Assembly: GCA_030141605.1 (NCBI GenBank)
Contig: JAQGDQ010000084.1
Span: forward strand, 248,001-312,000
DNA length: 64,000 bases
From: Tubiluchus corallicola
Taxonomy: Eukaryota > Animalia > Priapulida
Direction of reading: 5' to 3'
Positions 13,700-27,582 of this stretch are shown here, one piece after another. Position numbers and translations under genes: made by a program. How positions within the stretch are numbered: position 1 is the stretch's first letter; each line of letters begins with the position of its first letter. The notes under the pieces are model-generated. The model saw only the letters and a program-made list of their open reading frames with translations, was not told the DNA's origin and made no database searches.

Positions 13700-14110
13700 C
13701 TCTTTTCGACGCTCTAGGCTGATAGTTCTGTCCTGCTAATTTTTATTGTGAATTTATGGTTGCTCATGTAATGAGCGGGCTAAGCAATTACTTGTGGTGT
13801 ATTAGAAACACTATTAATCTAGTTTCTACGTTGTCATTATTAATTACATGTATTTGCATAGGGTTTATATTCAAGCAGGCTACGCAACTGCTTGTTGTGT
13901 AATACCTTGCACCTGTTCATTATGTGGCACTTATATAAATGCAGCAGCTCTCAGTGACTGCCTGTGGTGTGTTATAGAATGCGCCCTGTTCATAAATATG
14001 AAAGTATACACATTTTCCGAGAAAAATATGTTTTTTTCTAAAATGTGACGCCGCATAAACTTTGACGCCCTAGGCTATAGCCTAGTTAGCCTATTGATTA
14101 ATATCCCCCC
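13700..14110 (-). mobile_element. Family F hAT MITE copy
   Basis: Reverse-complement homolog of 1542-1964. Confidence 0.75.
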
Positions 14111-14839
14111 CCCCCAAGCATGTGAAAATGGGGACTGTATAGGAATTCTCAAATGATCCTTGAAACCAGATATACGGAAATTAACTACTCGGTACCCTGA
14201 CGATTTTCAACAATTTTCACATTTTAAAGCTGCTTAAACACTGGTTGTCATGCTGTGCGATACGTACTCTGCAAGCAGGGACGATCTTGCTGGGCTCTGA
14301 TTAACTAGACAGTTGGTTAACAACTTAGCAACCGACAGATGAAACGCGAGATCTGGCTGTACGTCACCCAAAGAAGCAGACGTCTGTATTTTACAGACGT
14401 CTGCTTCTTTGTCAACTTTTCTATCCAAAACGCATAATTACATAGACGCAAAACAGATCTGATCTGTAGTTACACGAAAATTTGGCTTATTAATCTTGTT
14501 ATTAAAAGTTGAGTTGCTTTTTTTCGTTGTAAATCTCTTTGGCGTATCGTGACATTTTCATATCTTACGACGCGAATAAAAAAACAAATGAAACTTTTGC
14601 ATTAAATACGAATGCAGCTCGATACTTACATGAGGGAAATTACCAAGTTTGTGGCCTAAATGAAAGATAAAGAATATTACGATGTAATTAAAATTTTGCC
14701 TGTAATGAAATTTCATTATGTTGGGCAAAAATGCAGTGATTTTACCTGTCTGTTTACCCGCCATTTTATATATTTTAATTTTTCATTTTTCCACGATTCT
14801 AATTTTATAGCACTATGGCATAATGTGTTTAAAATATAC

Positions 14840-14990
14840 AGACGGTATAGTATAGTGTTAACGCGACCGCTATTCCAGTGGGAGGCCTTGAGTTCGCAAC
14901 CTGCTCGTACCAAATGCCTTAAAAGTGGCACCTGCTGTCGCCCTGCCTGTAGAAGTGGCGTAATAATAATCTCTGTTATGTTGTTTAGAT
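14840..14990 (+). mobile_element. tRNA-derived SINE fragment
   Basis: A-box-like and GAGTTCG B-box-like head, then ACCAAATGCCTTAAAAGTGGCACCTGCTG, shared with the other copies. Confidence 0.5.
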
Positions 14991-15856
14991 TTGCCAGTTG
15001 ATAAAAAAACTCTTTAAAATTATGTTACTTATTTATCTAAAACCCGATTTTAAATAAAACTTAATATTGTTGTTGTTATTGTTTGTGTTGCTGCTGCTGT
15101 GTTGTTGTTCTTGTTCTTCTTATCCTTCTCGTTGTGGTTGTTGTTGTTTTTGTTATTATTATTGTTATTACAATTATTATTATTATTATTTCACGTACGG
15201 GTTCTTTTGCTGATATAAAATTCTTAATCTAATCTTAATTAACACATTACAATGTCTCTTTTATATTCATATTGTAGGCCTCCTCGTTGCGTTCCACTGA
15301 CGATGGTTACAACAAGCTTCCCCCCCCCCTTGGCCTACTGTGTTGGACATTTTATTGTTTTAAGACTCATTTGCATTGGAATAGACCGATTTACTGCACC
15401 AGGCAACGTGAACGGGTCATTCGTGTTTCACGAACAATCAAAGCAGATAGCGAAATCTTTTTTCCACTAAACCAGAATCTTACTCCATTTATTTTACGAG
15501 CTTTTGGCACGGAAGATCGCATAGCATCAGGCTGGACAAGTAACAGGGGAAGAAAGACTGTTAATTATGCAGAGAGAATTAGGGAATAATTATACTAACA
15601 GTTTTTTTAAGAGAATTAATTTTGGACCTGTAAAAATTAAACAAAATGATTTAAGACAGTTTTAGAGAGCGTGTTAAACAAAATATTTCATTTTCGATGG
15701 AAAAGATGACCATGATCATTCATTGTACTAATCCACGAAGTACAGTAATAAAATTTATTGTGACTATAGGAAATTTGGTTTAGAAAACGAAAATTTCTCC
15801 AGACTGTGCTAAGATCATGTCGGTCGTTCTGGTTTTGGTTAAGTGCTACATTATAA

Positions 15857-16132
15857 GATGGTGTCAGAAGTGGGATTTAAACCTTCAATCCTGATATGAG
15901 ATGCAAAACTTATAAAAATGGACATTTACTTATAAATTAAAAAAATTATATGTGCGTTCAGTGAATTTAGTAAAAACATCCTAGATTTACAATAGTGCAT
16001 AGGATGGTGTCAGAAGTGGGATTCGAAGCTTCGATCCTGATACTAAGATGCAAAACTTATAAAAATGGACATTTAGTTATAAATTAAAAAATAATATGTG
16101 TGTTCAGTGAATTTAGTTAAAAACATCCTAGT
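15857..16132. repeat. ~146-bp tandem duplication, each unit starting with the complement of a tRNA-Leu 3' end
   Basis: TGGTGTCAGAAGTGGGAT at 15859 and 16005. The downstream sequence is also duplicated. Confidence 0.8.
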
Positions 16133-16779
16133 TATATGTGCACTATATATGCATAGTTATATATGCATTATAGTGCATAGTTATATCCTGCTTTAAACAT
16201 TAACGTTAAAATCTGTGAATTACCATTTACTTTTAAAGTTTGTTACGGAGTTATAGTTAACCAAATATTTACATACAACATGTTTTGAGCTGAAGAAATT
16301 ACAAGGTGCAAATTATTCTCAATACTGGTTGTTTATTCCCAAGGCCTGTTACTAAACCATGATATTGTTGGTAACTGCTGATATACAGTATGTTTTTGCA
16401 TTTTCAGATTTGTAAGAATTATTGTCTTAAAGCAAGTTCCAAACTGTGGTCGAATTTCATGGTAAAAATAGCTGTTGTTTGTGTTTACAACATAAATTTT
16501 AAAGTTGCATGAACATGTTACAGGTACTAGTGTGACGAACTAAGAGCTGGTTTATCGAGAATCGCTTTTGTTACCTAAGAATTTGAATAATTTAGAATAA
16601 TCGCTGTAGAGAGAGATGTAGGATAATCAGGTTTGGAAAATAAAGATTTCCCAGGTTGTGCTATCATCATGTCGGTCGTTCTGGCTTTAGAATAATTACT
16701 AGATTAACTGAAAGGGGAGATGTAGGATAATCAGGTTTACAAAATAAAGATTTCCCAGATTGTCGTAACATTATCATGT

Positions 16780-18005
16780 TACACATTTACATTCCAACAA
16801 GCCAAGCAGCGTATCAACAAGAACGGATCACTACATATTTAGGTCGAGCCTGTAAATTACTATCTAAAAAAGGTATCTCTTCTATTGATTACTCAATGTA
16901 TATTCTCATGATCGATATGTCAAAGGCCTTTGATTGCGTTCGGAGAAAAAAATCAGCTTTCCTGTCTATACGAAATCATTGGGCCTGATACAATATACAT
17001 CATAAGTATAATGTTAGAAATTTTTTAAATTTAAGACAGGTGTGAAGGGAAGCTGAGTCAGCCATTTTCTACAAACAAAGGAGTACCTCAGAGTGACTGC
17101 CCAAGCCCTGTACTGTCCACTTTATATCTATACCATTGAAAGACCTGCAAGATCACACAGTTCTTGATTCTGAATTAATACCAACTGAAGTAAGACAATA
17201 ACACAGTTACAGCTTTCTACAAAGTATTATTTTTAACTACTATCCCTATGCAGTACGCTAATGATGTCACTGATCTGGCATGGATTACAAGAAACAAAGA
17301 AGAAGGAGATGAAATTAAAAACTCCATAGAATAGAAACTAAAAAGAATGGCTCTTATACTAAACAAAAACAAAACTGAAGAGTTTCACATAACACGCCAT
17401 GGTGATTGATAAATTGTGGAAAATATGCAAGTATCTCGTTAGTCTGTTAGCAACAGAAGACTCCATATCAAGACGGAACATAATGGCATTATCAGCACAT
17501 TCAAAACTCACAAATGTTTTTAAAATAAGAAGATTTCTTTGGAAACAAAAATTAGAATATTCTCAGCTTTAGTTGAAACTGTATTTCTGTACAACTCTGA
17601 GCTCTGGACATTAAAAGCAAATGATAAAGCTGAAATCTATGCGTTTCAAAGGCGAAATTAGAGAAACATTTTGGGTATCAGATGGTCAAAAAAATGTCAA
17701 ATAAAGGTCAATATGAAAACGTAAAAGAAGAACCTTGGAAAAAAATAAAAAAAACGCTGTTTAAGATAGATTGGGCATATTTTTATACTAAGTGATGATA
17801 ATCCAGTAAAGATAGCTCTTCAACCAGTCATAGAAGCAGCTAAAAAACCTGCAGAAGGACAAATGCTAACACATTTAGATTTTGCACAGAAAGATTTAAA
17901 CACATCAGCGCTGATCCTTAAAGATAAATGCACTTGGGACATTGCAAAGAGTAGGGAGTCCTGGCATAGGGAGGTGAACAGAATCATGTCCCTGGACGTA
18001 TGATT
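16780..18005 (+). mobile_element. Decayed non-LTR retrotransposon (RTE-like reverse transcriptase remnant)
   Basis: IDMSKAFDCV, GVPQ, a YAND-like motif and FLYNSELWTL occur in shifting frames with stops. Confidence 0.8.
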
Positions 18006-18009
18006 CATT

Positions 18010-18082
18010 AGATGATTATGATGACGACGATGATGATCATGATCATGATGATGATGACGATGATGATGATGATGACGATGAT
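18010..18082. repeat. (GAT)n microsatellite at the LINE 3' end
   Basis: Read directly. Confidence 0.9.
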
Positions 18083-18181
18083 TGTAGTTTTAATTAAACA
18101 GCAATATTATACGAGTTACGTTATTAATCAGCAACTTATCACAGTGAAACCATACACATCTACAAACAATGTTACTTGGAA

Positions 18182-18560
18182 TAAGCCTTTTCACAGTTTC
18201 GTTGTGCGCAGTTGCTGCAGGTCAAAGGTTAAGTGTACCACAACCATGTGTCTTAACTACAAACTGTCAGTTGACATGTGAGTAAAGCAATATCGACTGT
18301 CGCATCAGTTCAGCAACTTCAGTTGTTTTAGTGGACATTACTTAATTATGCATTAGTCTGTGCGTAAAGTGATTTAATAGCAGGATCTTGCTTGGGAACA
18401 AGAAAAAATGAACTAGGTAAGGTTCTCGCTAGTTACTGTTACTATTACAACAGCATGGGCTGCTATACGTTGTCAAGTGCGCACAAATACGTTGTCTGGT
18501 ACACTTAACCTTTTACATTTTTACGACCATCGTCAATTGCTGGAACTGTGAAAAACCTAC
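18182..18560 (+). mobile_element. Family D MITE
   Basis: TAAGCCTTTTCACAGTTTCG...GGAACTGTGAAAAAC. Confidence 0.75.
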
Positions 18561-19320
18561 TATAGTGAAAGCCTTGCTGTCAAGCGTACAAAATTATAAC
18601 TGCAACGTTCTGTCTCGTGTTCACGTGTAATAATTAGAACTTTTAATAAAATTAATCACATAGAACGGCTTGTTGTCAATTATTTGTACTAGTTGCAAAT
18701 TTTATTCGTGTTTGTTTAAGCAGTTTTACTCATTACAGACTAGCAGATTTCTTTCAAAAATCTCACATCACGAAAATCACAATAATCTGGACGCATTTAA
18801 TCACATTGTAAGTAAAATATCGTGTTTTACACTTTTTAATGCTTATAAGACCATTCTGTTACGAGTTCTTATGATGTAAATCAACTGTGAACTAAAAACT
18901 CAAAAATACGTTAATTATCGAGCTAGCGATGACAGAAAAACGTCTATGACAAACGAAATTAACGGCCAAATTCATTTCGCAACAAGACGCCTTACGTACT
19001 GGTCAAAGCGGCTTATGAGGAACCTACCACCCATTACAGATGACGGCTTATGATAGACAAGCCACGGTTGGCGGAAGACGGCAAGTGGATTATCTTCGTG
19101 TGAGAGGGACCATTGGTTAGTGTAGGTCTAGGTTCGTTTTTCTTGACGCGGCTTTTTCTCCTCGTGGCTTGCACTTTACGGATTATGTCCAGCTCAGTGT
19201 GACACGGGCTTAATACAGCGTTGCAGATTTATCTTTTCGGAATCAGGCTCGATTTACGGTTACTGTCATGGGCACTTTCAGGAGGTTTTAAGAAATTCTA
19301 AAATTGAGAAATTTTCTTAC

Positions 19321-19495
19321 CTGTATACAGCTATGGGCAGAGGTACAGTTGCAGACACGAACCAAACCAAACCAATCATCTTGTAAGCGTGTGACAACGT
19401 CTGCCATCTTCTCGAGAGTAATGGCTGACAAATTGCAAAACACCGTTCTAGAGAAATGGCTACTAGAGTCAGCGAGCTAACGGCTACAGATACGG
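19321..19495 (-). CDS. CCK/sulfakinin receptor-like GPCR, coding exon 2 (TM3, ICL2, TM4)
   Basis: VSVAVSSLTLVAISLERCFAICQPLLSRRWQTLSHAYKMI. Acceptor TTTTAG|CC and donor AG|GTAAG. 175 nt, phases 1 and 2 are consistent. Confidence 0.93.
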
Positions 19496-19608
19496 CTAAA
19501 ACGAAAAAAACGTTACTTATTAGCAATGCAATTTGCTGTGAGAGTTTTGATCAAATAGATCAGATCCCAAGGGCAAACGTCGTTGACTGCATAAGAAAAC
19601 TTCACATC

Positions 19609-19609
19609 A

Positions 19610-19678
<69 letters not shown>

Positions 19679-19689
19679 GATTATTATTA

Positions 19690-19720
<31 letters not shown>

Positions 19721-19725
19721 TTATT
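19609..19725. repeat. (ATT)n microsatellite
   Basis: Read directly. Confidence 0.95.
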
Positions 19726-19769
19726 CAGACATTTAAAGTCATAAAACAAACAACGGAGCTATATTTGAA

Positions 19770-20283
19770 CAGTGGTAGCTCGTGTACAGGTACTGTGAAA
19801 CTGCAGCACCCCCTATTTTCATTCGATATTACCCATAATTTTCAATATAATAAGTCCTTTAGTTCTTTCTTTACACTTGTATGAAACGAGAGCACGTGAG
19901 GGTAGTACTGTTTACATCACAGCCTAGCACAGTGCGCTCCAGCACTACGGTGTTTGGCTGCTGCACGCATGCGGTCGTGCACACATGTCTGCGCCCAGGT
20001 AGAGAAAGTACTGTCCCTCATACAGTTTGTTGTCAATTGTCATGTGCTTACCGTGAATGGATCAAGCTTGAACTGTCACAATTTAGCCTGTTCATAAGCA
20101 AATTTATTTTTTGTTTAGGATTTTATCTAGTTTATGTATAAACTTTCATATGTTTTTTGTTAAAAATTACAATTATAAATGACAACATTAACATTACGTA
20201 CGTGTGTTTCGTTGTACATAATATTAAAAGAATGGTTAAAAATTTTCTGAACCAGCATCCCACTAATTTTAACTACGAGCCAT
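19770..20283 (-). mobile_element. hAT-like MITE, family E
   Basis: Starts CAGTGGTAGCTCGTG. Reverse homolog of 25445-25943 and 47638-48120. Confidence 0.7.
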
Positions 20284-20854
20284 GTGTGTTTATGTGTGTG
20301 TGCGTTCCTGCGCGTAAGTGAGTGTGTGTGCATGTGCGCGTGCGTGTGCGTGTGTGCGCGCGTGCGTGCGTGCGTGTGTGCTTGAGCGCGTTTGTACACT
20401 TATACTTAAATTAAATTTCGGCTGCAACTAGAAGCCTATTTATGTAAATATGTATTTTTAAATATTAATCGTCATCATAAACTTGCCCAGACTTGCAAAC
20501 ATCGGTAAAAATTTGCTTCATTAATTATGCGCTCTGTTTCTAAAGGCATCGTGTTACGCGCATAATTTAAATTTATACGTAATTAATACGGTTATTAATG
20601 TTAATCAAACAGCTACGCGGTTTCACGTTCAATCTCCGTTCTCCGTTTAATTTCCGTTTTTATGAAAGTGCTGCTAATTAAGCTTAATGTAGGTAAACTT
20701 AGCAAAGTTTAATGGACTGATTGATACGCTGGTTAATTGTACAGAATTCCGTGGTTAACTGTATGCAAACGCAAAGAGGAAAATTATTAGAACAATTTGA
20801 CCTCGCGGAAGGATCAACACGATTAACCCACGAAGGATGAAATCAGTCGTTTGA

Positions 20855-21415
20855 ATTAGCACAAGAAAACCCCCCACTTACATAAGGCTTAAGAAAGTCG
20901 TCTTGAAATTTTATATTACTCGCATACTACCTTTTCTGTATATAGGACGTGCGTCGGCAGTAACGCTCTATAAAACATGTAAATTAAACTCCCGCGATGA
21001 CAGTTAGATGCAGCCATTTTTGATGATAAGTCATTTCAAACAAGTTTAGATAACATTGTGTAAAGTTTGAAAAAATAATCAGAGCATTTGTAGGATACAT
21101 GTTACTAGTAAGTAAAATTTTACATTACTGTAGCTTGTCAATAAGATTAAAAATATTTGACAGTTTTTTTTGGTTAGCGAGTGGTGCACCCTGGCGGGTG
21201 AGTCAACGACATTTTACCAATTGGTCAAAGCATTTTAAATATGTAATTAATAATTTTGTGTTTTAGTTAAACAAGTCTTTGAAGAAGGTAAGCGAAATAC
21301 TAAGTAATATAACTTTGTACGGAAAGTTTTTTAGGACATAGTTTAACGTTTCCTTTTCTTCCCCTGAATTACGTTGTGCGTATATGACGTAGAGTAATGG
21401 CGAGTTCGTGTTAAA
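20855..21415 (-). mobile_element. Family C MITE
   Basis: Reverse homolog of 6985-7644. Confidence 0.7.
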
Positions 21416-23167
21416 GCATCTCTCTAATTTAATGTATTGTTACCTGAACTGATGAATTAAAATATGTGCATAATTATTAGAAGTAATTTACATGATTTTT
21501 GCATAATGATATTTACAATGACGATATGAAAGTAATAGTATTAAATCATATTAGTACACAAGAGATATATTGGGCTATTACATTATAAAGACTTAACTAC
21601 GTTTTAGTATAACTGATTAGTAGATGATTATGAACATGTTGATAAAAACCATAACATTATTGTTTCTTTTATATTACTAAGTTAAAACAATAATACAAGA
21701 TAGTCTAACATACCAATTAACCTGCTCCCAAGTATATCCTAGATAAGAAGCTGTGAGATAACCCACACCACTTGGTGGGTTATTATGTTAACTCAAATCA
21801 TAAAGGATTGACCACACATTATAAAGTTTTTAGAAGAAACCTATTAAATGTCAGAATAATTGGATAATTGCATGGTCAGTTGGCACGATGCCAAATACAG
21901 GCTTGCATTTTTATTCACAACCTGTTTGCTGGGGCAGATTCAGGCAGACAGGGTAAACACGCATAAACGCTATAATCGAGATAATGTTTCTCATCACCCG
22001 TTGGTGACGATGGTGTTCCACAGCGTACACAAAGAGATAAATAAACAAGAATTGAACTGAATTATTATTCTTCATAAAGCATCAGCTGGGATCAGCAGAG
22101 CGTGAAGGAAAACGGGAATTGAATGCGTCACTTGGAGCTATCTAAGTATTAATGCGCAACGTACATCACGAAGATATAAAATACATTTGGGACTGCTATT
22201 ATATCCGAGAAGTGATAATTAATCCTTTGTGAATAATCTTCCCTGCTCGATAAACATAATGTCTAGCCATATATGTCTTCCTAAATCATTTATCATACTC
22301 AGTACTTTAGTTCAGAGCGTTTATATTAACTTATAAATTATGAATTATATTTTATATATAAACTTTATTTATTATGAGTGGATTACAACACAGTAACTAT
22401 TACTGATCACAGTACTTCCACTATGTGCAGTGATGAAATATACAATTAGTTGGTTCGAGTATGCAATAACTCAAAACAGTTAATTCGATAATACGACTAG
22501 TTCATTAGTTAATACCTAATTAAAATTTACAAAATTCATACAATAGATACGATAACAGAAACGATTCTCGATGTACATAAGCCTATAAGCCCATGCAAAG
22601 TACAAGTTGTACATTGTTATGTACAATATTGCTACTTAATTCAGAAATCCAATACATGTGGAATTAATACAATTAGTGTAGTATGACAGTTATTACAGCA
22701 GTACATATAGTTGTTTCTAACATAAGTTGTTCATTAATGAGTACTTGATTGAAAGACAGCCTACATAATAACTTAAAACACAATTATACGTACAATCAGC
22801 TAACAAAACGTTTGGTAGACTTTATGTAGTTCTGCAACAATTTGAAGAGAATGTCACTGGATGGATGACCTGATCTGAGTTTATGAAAACTGTCCTTGTA
22901 AATAATAGCAGGTTTAGGGTTGTTGGCGTGTAATTCTTGAATTACTTCGATCATCATTGTAATTGGGGCATACTGATTTAGTACGAACTCCTCATAGGTT
23001 CAACAATCTACTTTTAAAAGCAAATGAAGAAAGGAAAGTCTGTCTTTTTTCAATTGATAAATTATTCCATAGGCGGATCATGGAATATTGCATTTATATT
23101 TTCGTACGGCAGAGTGGTATACATAGTTGACTATTATAAAATACGTTCTACATATTCACTACACACC

Positions 23168-23350
23168 AGACGGTACAGTCTAGACTCTAGTGGTAACACG
23201 CTTCGCTTTCCAAGTAGGAGGTCGTGAGTTCGGTACTGCGGCCGGGTGATACTAAAGACTTTAAAAATCGTACCTGCTTTTTCCCTGCAGGGCGCGCGGA
23301 ATTTAGGGTAAAAGTGGGGTAGTAATAATCTCTATTACGTAGTTTAGCAC
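23168..23350 (+). mobile_element. tRNA-derived SINE; a second tRNA-like head follows at about 23395-23480
   Basis: A box TAGACTCTAGTGGTAA and B box GAGTTCGGTAC, then the core ACTAAAGACTTTAAAAATCGTACCTGC shared with 14840 and 35345. Confidence 0.65.
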
Positions 23351-23584
23351 AATCTATGTAGTGTGAATTTGTTATTTTACAGTTGTCCTAGTTTGTCGCG
23401 GGGATGGGTAGTCTAGTAGTGTAGATTTCGGACTGTAACCACGCAGTCTTGAGTTCGAAACTAGCGGCTGTTAACGCCAAGACATATACCCTACGTGTTA
23501 TTCGTTATTTGTGTGTTGCGTCCTTACCTGTATTGTTGCTGGCAGTGGGAGTTACTAAATAACCGTTAGTGCTAATGCTGTTTC

Positions 23585-24142
23585 TTAAAGGAAAAGTTCA
23601 GCCATCTGGAAAGTTGGGCTTGTTTCAATGTTCACAAAAAATGTTAGAAGGATTTAGTAATAAAACTGCAATAAGCGTCTTGTGTAATTGGTAAAATCAC
23701 TTTAAAGTCGCGATCACTTCATGCTTGTCGCTGTCATTTTCAGCGCCCATTCTTCCACCAATGACGTCATTCGTGTTGAAGAAAAGTAGCGCTCTGTCAG
23801 TCTTTAGTTTAATAAGTTTTTACAAAAAAAATTAGATAGCTAATTCTGTAATATTTTTGCGTGAACATTAGGTAAACTGCAGAAGTTTGAATTAGTTTAA
23901 GCAGCGCGCACTTACGGAAAGCCACGATGCACTCACGAAAATTCACGAAGTCTCCGAGTTACGTCATGATTTTCAAGTGAATGTCGGCAATCACCGCGCC
24001 TCAAAAAATTCTATTCAGAGGTAGTTTATTTTAAATTTATGCTTTATAAGCAGCTTTTTGCAAAATTTCTTTGTTACATTTTTCAAAGTTTAGGTGATAA
24101 CAGTAAAATAAAACGTACTGTGTGAATTGTTCTTTCCTTTAA
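23585..24142 (+). mobile_element. TTAA-flanked Kolobok-like MITE, family B
   Basis: TTAAAGGAAAAG...TTCTTTCCTTTAA. Homologs at 30230, 39733, 43835 and 63608. Confidence 0.85.
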
Positions 24143-24591
24143 ATGAGCGACGATAAATAAATCTTATCTTTGCCTTTAATCAAAATTATTATTACATTAT
24201 TACACATCTCTGCCATTATACGTGATGACAAGGCGACAGACTTCAAGATACGTACCCCCAATGTAAACTGCACAACTGAAACAGTGGCCACGCCCTATAT
24301 GAATCTCACAGCTGAAGCCAGTGTCTACTTTGATCTGACATCAAGGTTGACATGATTACAAGCACACACTTTAATCAAGTAGCAACATTTATTAACAATA
24401 TCAAGTAACACTAATTTATTACATATACTGAAACTAGGTTATGCAATCAACCTCATTTTCCTAATCTTCTTATAGTGCTGTACAATGTAAACATAACATA
24501 ACAAGCGTGGCTAATATAATCCATCTGGCAAATGGACAGAATACTAACTATATAGGATTTATAGTAGTGGAATAAACTCACTGGATTAGTT

Positions 24592-25238
24592 CAGTGGTTC
24601 TTAACCTAGGGTACGAGTACCCCTTGGGGGTACGAAGCAGTTAAGCCAAGGGTGCGCGAAAGCTGTGTCGTGTGACATGCCAGTATGTTCTGTTTTGCTG
24701 TACAGCGTACGCGTACGGAGTACGAATTTTACGGGAGTATCGGTCACGTCCTGTGAGGAAAGTGTTACGTGATTTGAATCCTTAGACATTATGATTGTTT
24801 GCATTTTAAAAGGTCATTATTTGTGCAACACAATAGCGTTTTTCGTTTAATTCACTGCACACTGCCTGGCATTGGTTAATTTGTTATATTAAATAGACAT
24901 TTGGCACGAAAAATACATTGGCGGATTGCAGTAGGCGAGGTTGACGGTTTTTGGAAAAAGCGGCCATTGTGGCTACTTCTAAGTTCGACCGCAAGTTCGT
25001 CTTCTGAATTGACATCCGATTGTCTTTTTTCCTGCGTTTTATTCTTGAATAATTGTATAATTAATTCTTAATTAACGCTTGTATAATTAATTCACGCTTG
25101 TACAGTTAAATCATACAAGTAAAAATGTTTTCTAGAAACTCATATTGCTAAAAAATGTTAATTGGTACGCGGCAGTAATTGGTACGATGACCTGAATTTT
25201 GAAAGGGCACTTGGCTAGTAAAGGGTTAGGAACCACTG
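24592..25238. mobile_element. hAT (Charlie-like) MITE
   Basis: TIRs CAGTGGTTCTTAACC / GGTTAGGAACCACTG. TSD GATTAGTT / GATCAGTT matches 7 of 8. Confidence 0.85.
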
Positions 25239-25444
25239 GATCAGTTGCAACAATAAATAACAAAGCAAGGTTTGAAAATGGTTAAAAACTCGCATTTTCA
25301 CGTGAACAAAAAGTGTCATTAAGTGACATGCATTACACGACATTGACTTTGATTTTATGTTACAGAATCACAAGTTATTCACAAAATAAATATTCTAGCA
25401 TATCTAATTTTAATGTATATCTAGTGGTAATTTTAATGTATATC

Positions 25445-25943
25445 TAGTGGCGGCTCGTAGCTAAAATTAGTGGGGTGCTGCAAAATTAAAAATTTTTAGC
25501 CATTGTTATAATACTGTATAAAACGAAAAAAATATAATTATGTAATTTTAAACAAACAAACACTTACGAAAATTTATACATAAACTTGATAAAATCCTAA
25601 ACGTATTGTTTGCTAATTAATAGCCCGAGTTGTTGCAGTTCCAGAATATGCCGGTACGCAGTTTTTAAGCACGTGACAACATGCACTGCATGAGTGACAG
25701 TACTCTAAAGTGCAGCGTCTTATGTCTGTTGGCCGCATGCGCATAACAGCCAAACACCACTTTGCTGGAGCTCACTGTGCTGACCTGTAAAGCAGACAGT
25801 ACTACACTCACGTGCTGTGGTTCCGTAGAAGTATAAAGAAAGAACTGAAGAAAAAAGGTTTATTATATTGAATATTATCGATAATACTGAGTGAAAACAC
25901 GGGGTGCTGCAGTTCCACAGTACCTATACACGAGCCACCACTA
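25445..25943 (+). mobile_element. hAT-like MITE, family E
   Basis: TIRs TAGTGGCGGCTCG / CGAGCCACCACTA. TSD TGTATATC / CGTACATC matches 6 of 8. Confidence 0.8.
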
Positions 25944-26967
25944 CGTACATCCCAAAAAACCTTCCACACAAAGCTATATTACTTAGCATTATGCTTGCCG
26001 GTTTGAACAACGTATATAATTGAAAAAGAAAATTCTTAGTAATTTAAAATATTATATAAATAAAATATTTATAACCTGGTAAAACGCACTTCATCAGCCT
26101 TGCAAAAACCACCTGGCAAATCAAAAACAACTTGGATAGCAAAGATAAATGTACAACAACTTCAACCAATTCTATCTTTAGGTGTAGAAGAACTTACACT
26201 GTTAGCTACAGATAGAAGTGGGTGGAATACTGATAAATGTTGATATCTCTGTGCCTACAGTAGATCGAATGAGACTTCGAAGAAAAGGCAGCACACGTAC
26301 AAATGTCCAGTAGCAGACCGAATAATGGACAACTATAGTTTTATTGTTTCGCCATTTTGAAAACTGGCTGTTGGGAAAAAGTCGTTACTTCCTTGCTACA
26401 TTTTAGAAGGTATGAATTTTATATGCATTTAAAGTGGAAGAAAATGCAATTTTAAAGTATGCCCCAAAAAACTTTCCATGCAAAGTTATGTTACTTAGCA
26501 TTACGCTTACTTGCTTTAAAAAGACTTATATACCTAGAAAAGAAAATTCTTGGTAATTTAAAATGTTTACGCCATTTGGCAAAACGCCACTGACTCACCT
26601 TCCCAGTGTGCACCACTGATTCACCAAAAACACATTATTGATCTTACTGACAAGATAAAATCATTTAAACTTTTGTGTTGTTAGCAAAGATTGCCCTACA
26701 AATCCTCTATTTTTCAAACTTTGCACAATGTTATAACAATAAACCCAAATAAATAAATAAATGTTATAAACAATGTTAGAAACTTGTTTCTAGTCACTTA
26801 CTGGCAAAATAGCAGCACATAACGGTCATCGTTGTAGTTTAAATTTACAAGTTTCAAACAGGGTTGCTGCTAACGCAAGCACTGTATGCAATAAGACAGC
26901 ATGTAACTGATATAAAATTTCAAAGCGAATTTCTAAGCTTTATTTATCAGGAGTGTTTTATTTTGTT

Positions 26968-27582
26968 TTAAAGCTAAACCGGATTCAATCTTAAACTGTA
27001 TGTCAAAACAATCTACTCATTAAAATATTGAAAACACATACTATTCCAAAATGACTTACTTGAAAGAATTATTACCACACAAACACTGTTTCACGTTCGC
27101 GCCACTAGTTCTTCGTTGTTACATGCATTTCGCCATTTGTTAGTTAGACGGGCACTAGCGCCTCGTCTTGTATTGTGTGAGAAACAGGTGATGTACTTTT
27201 CAGTTCAGAGGTGTTAGCTTGTGACAGACTGCACACGTTCGACAGCTCATGCGTCAGCACAGTGGTAAAATTAAAGTTTGAATTTTTATCTTAAAACCTT
27301 CCTAGTTTTAGTACAACACAGTGAATATCTTACAGTAGCACTGTACTTCAATTCACTCTTTCACAAACACGTGCAACATGATCATGGAATGTTTTTGCTG
27401 TTGAAAATTATGTTAGTTTGTGATGTCATCAATAGGTGCCCTCGCCCGACGTTAATTAAGTTTTTTAATCTATTATTTAATTATCAGAAACGCTTTTGCA
27501 GTGTTAATTGTGTTAAAATGCATACCTTCTATCGAACTTGAAAATGGGGTAGTATTTGAAAAATCAGCCTGGCTTCCTTTAA
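26968..27582 (-). mobile_element. Family A MITE abutting a family C copy (26430-26971)
   Basis: TTAAAGCTAAACCGG...CCTGGCTTCCTTTAA. Confidence 0.8.

Noticed and set aside
21600-22300. Additional LINE remnant (GVPQ-like codons near 22013)
   Set aside because: Too degenerate to support by eye.
23168-23480. Functional tRNA genes
   Set aside because: A and B boxes are present, but I could not fold a clean cloverleaf, and the first head continues into a SINE core shared by other copies.
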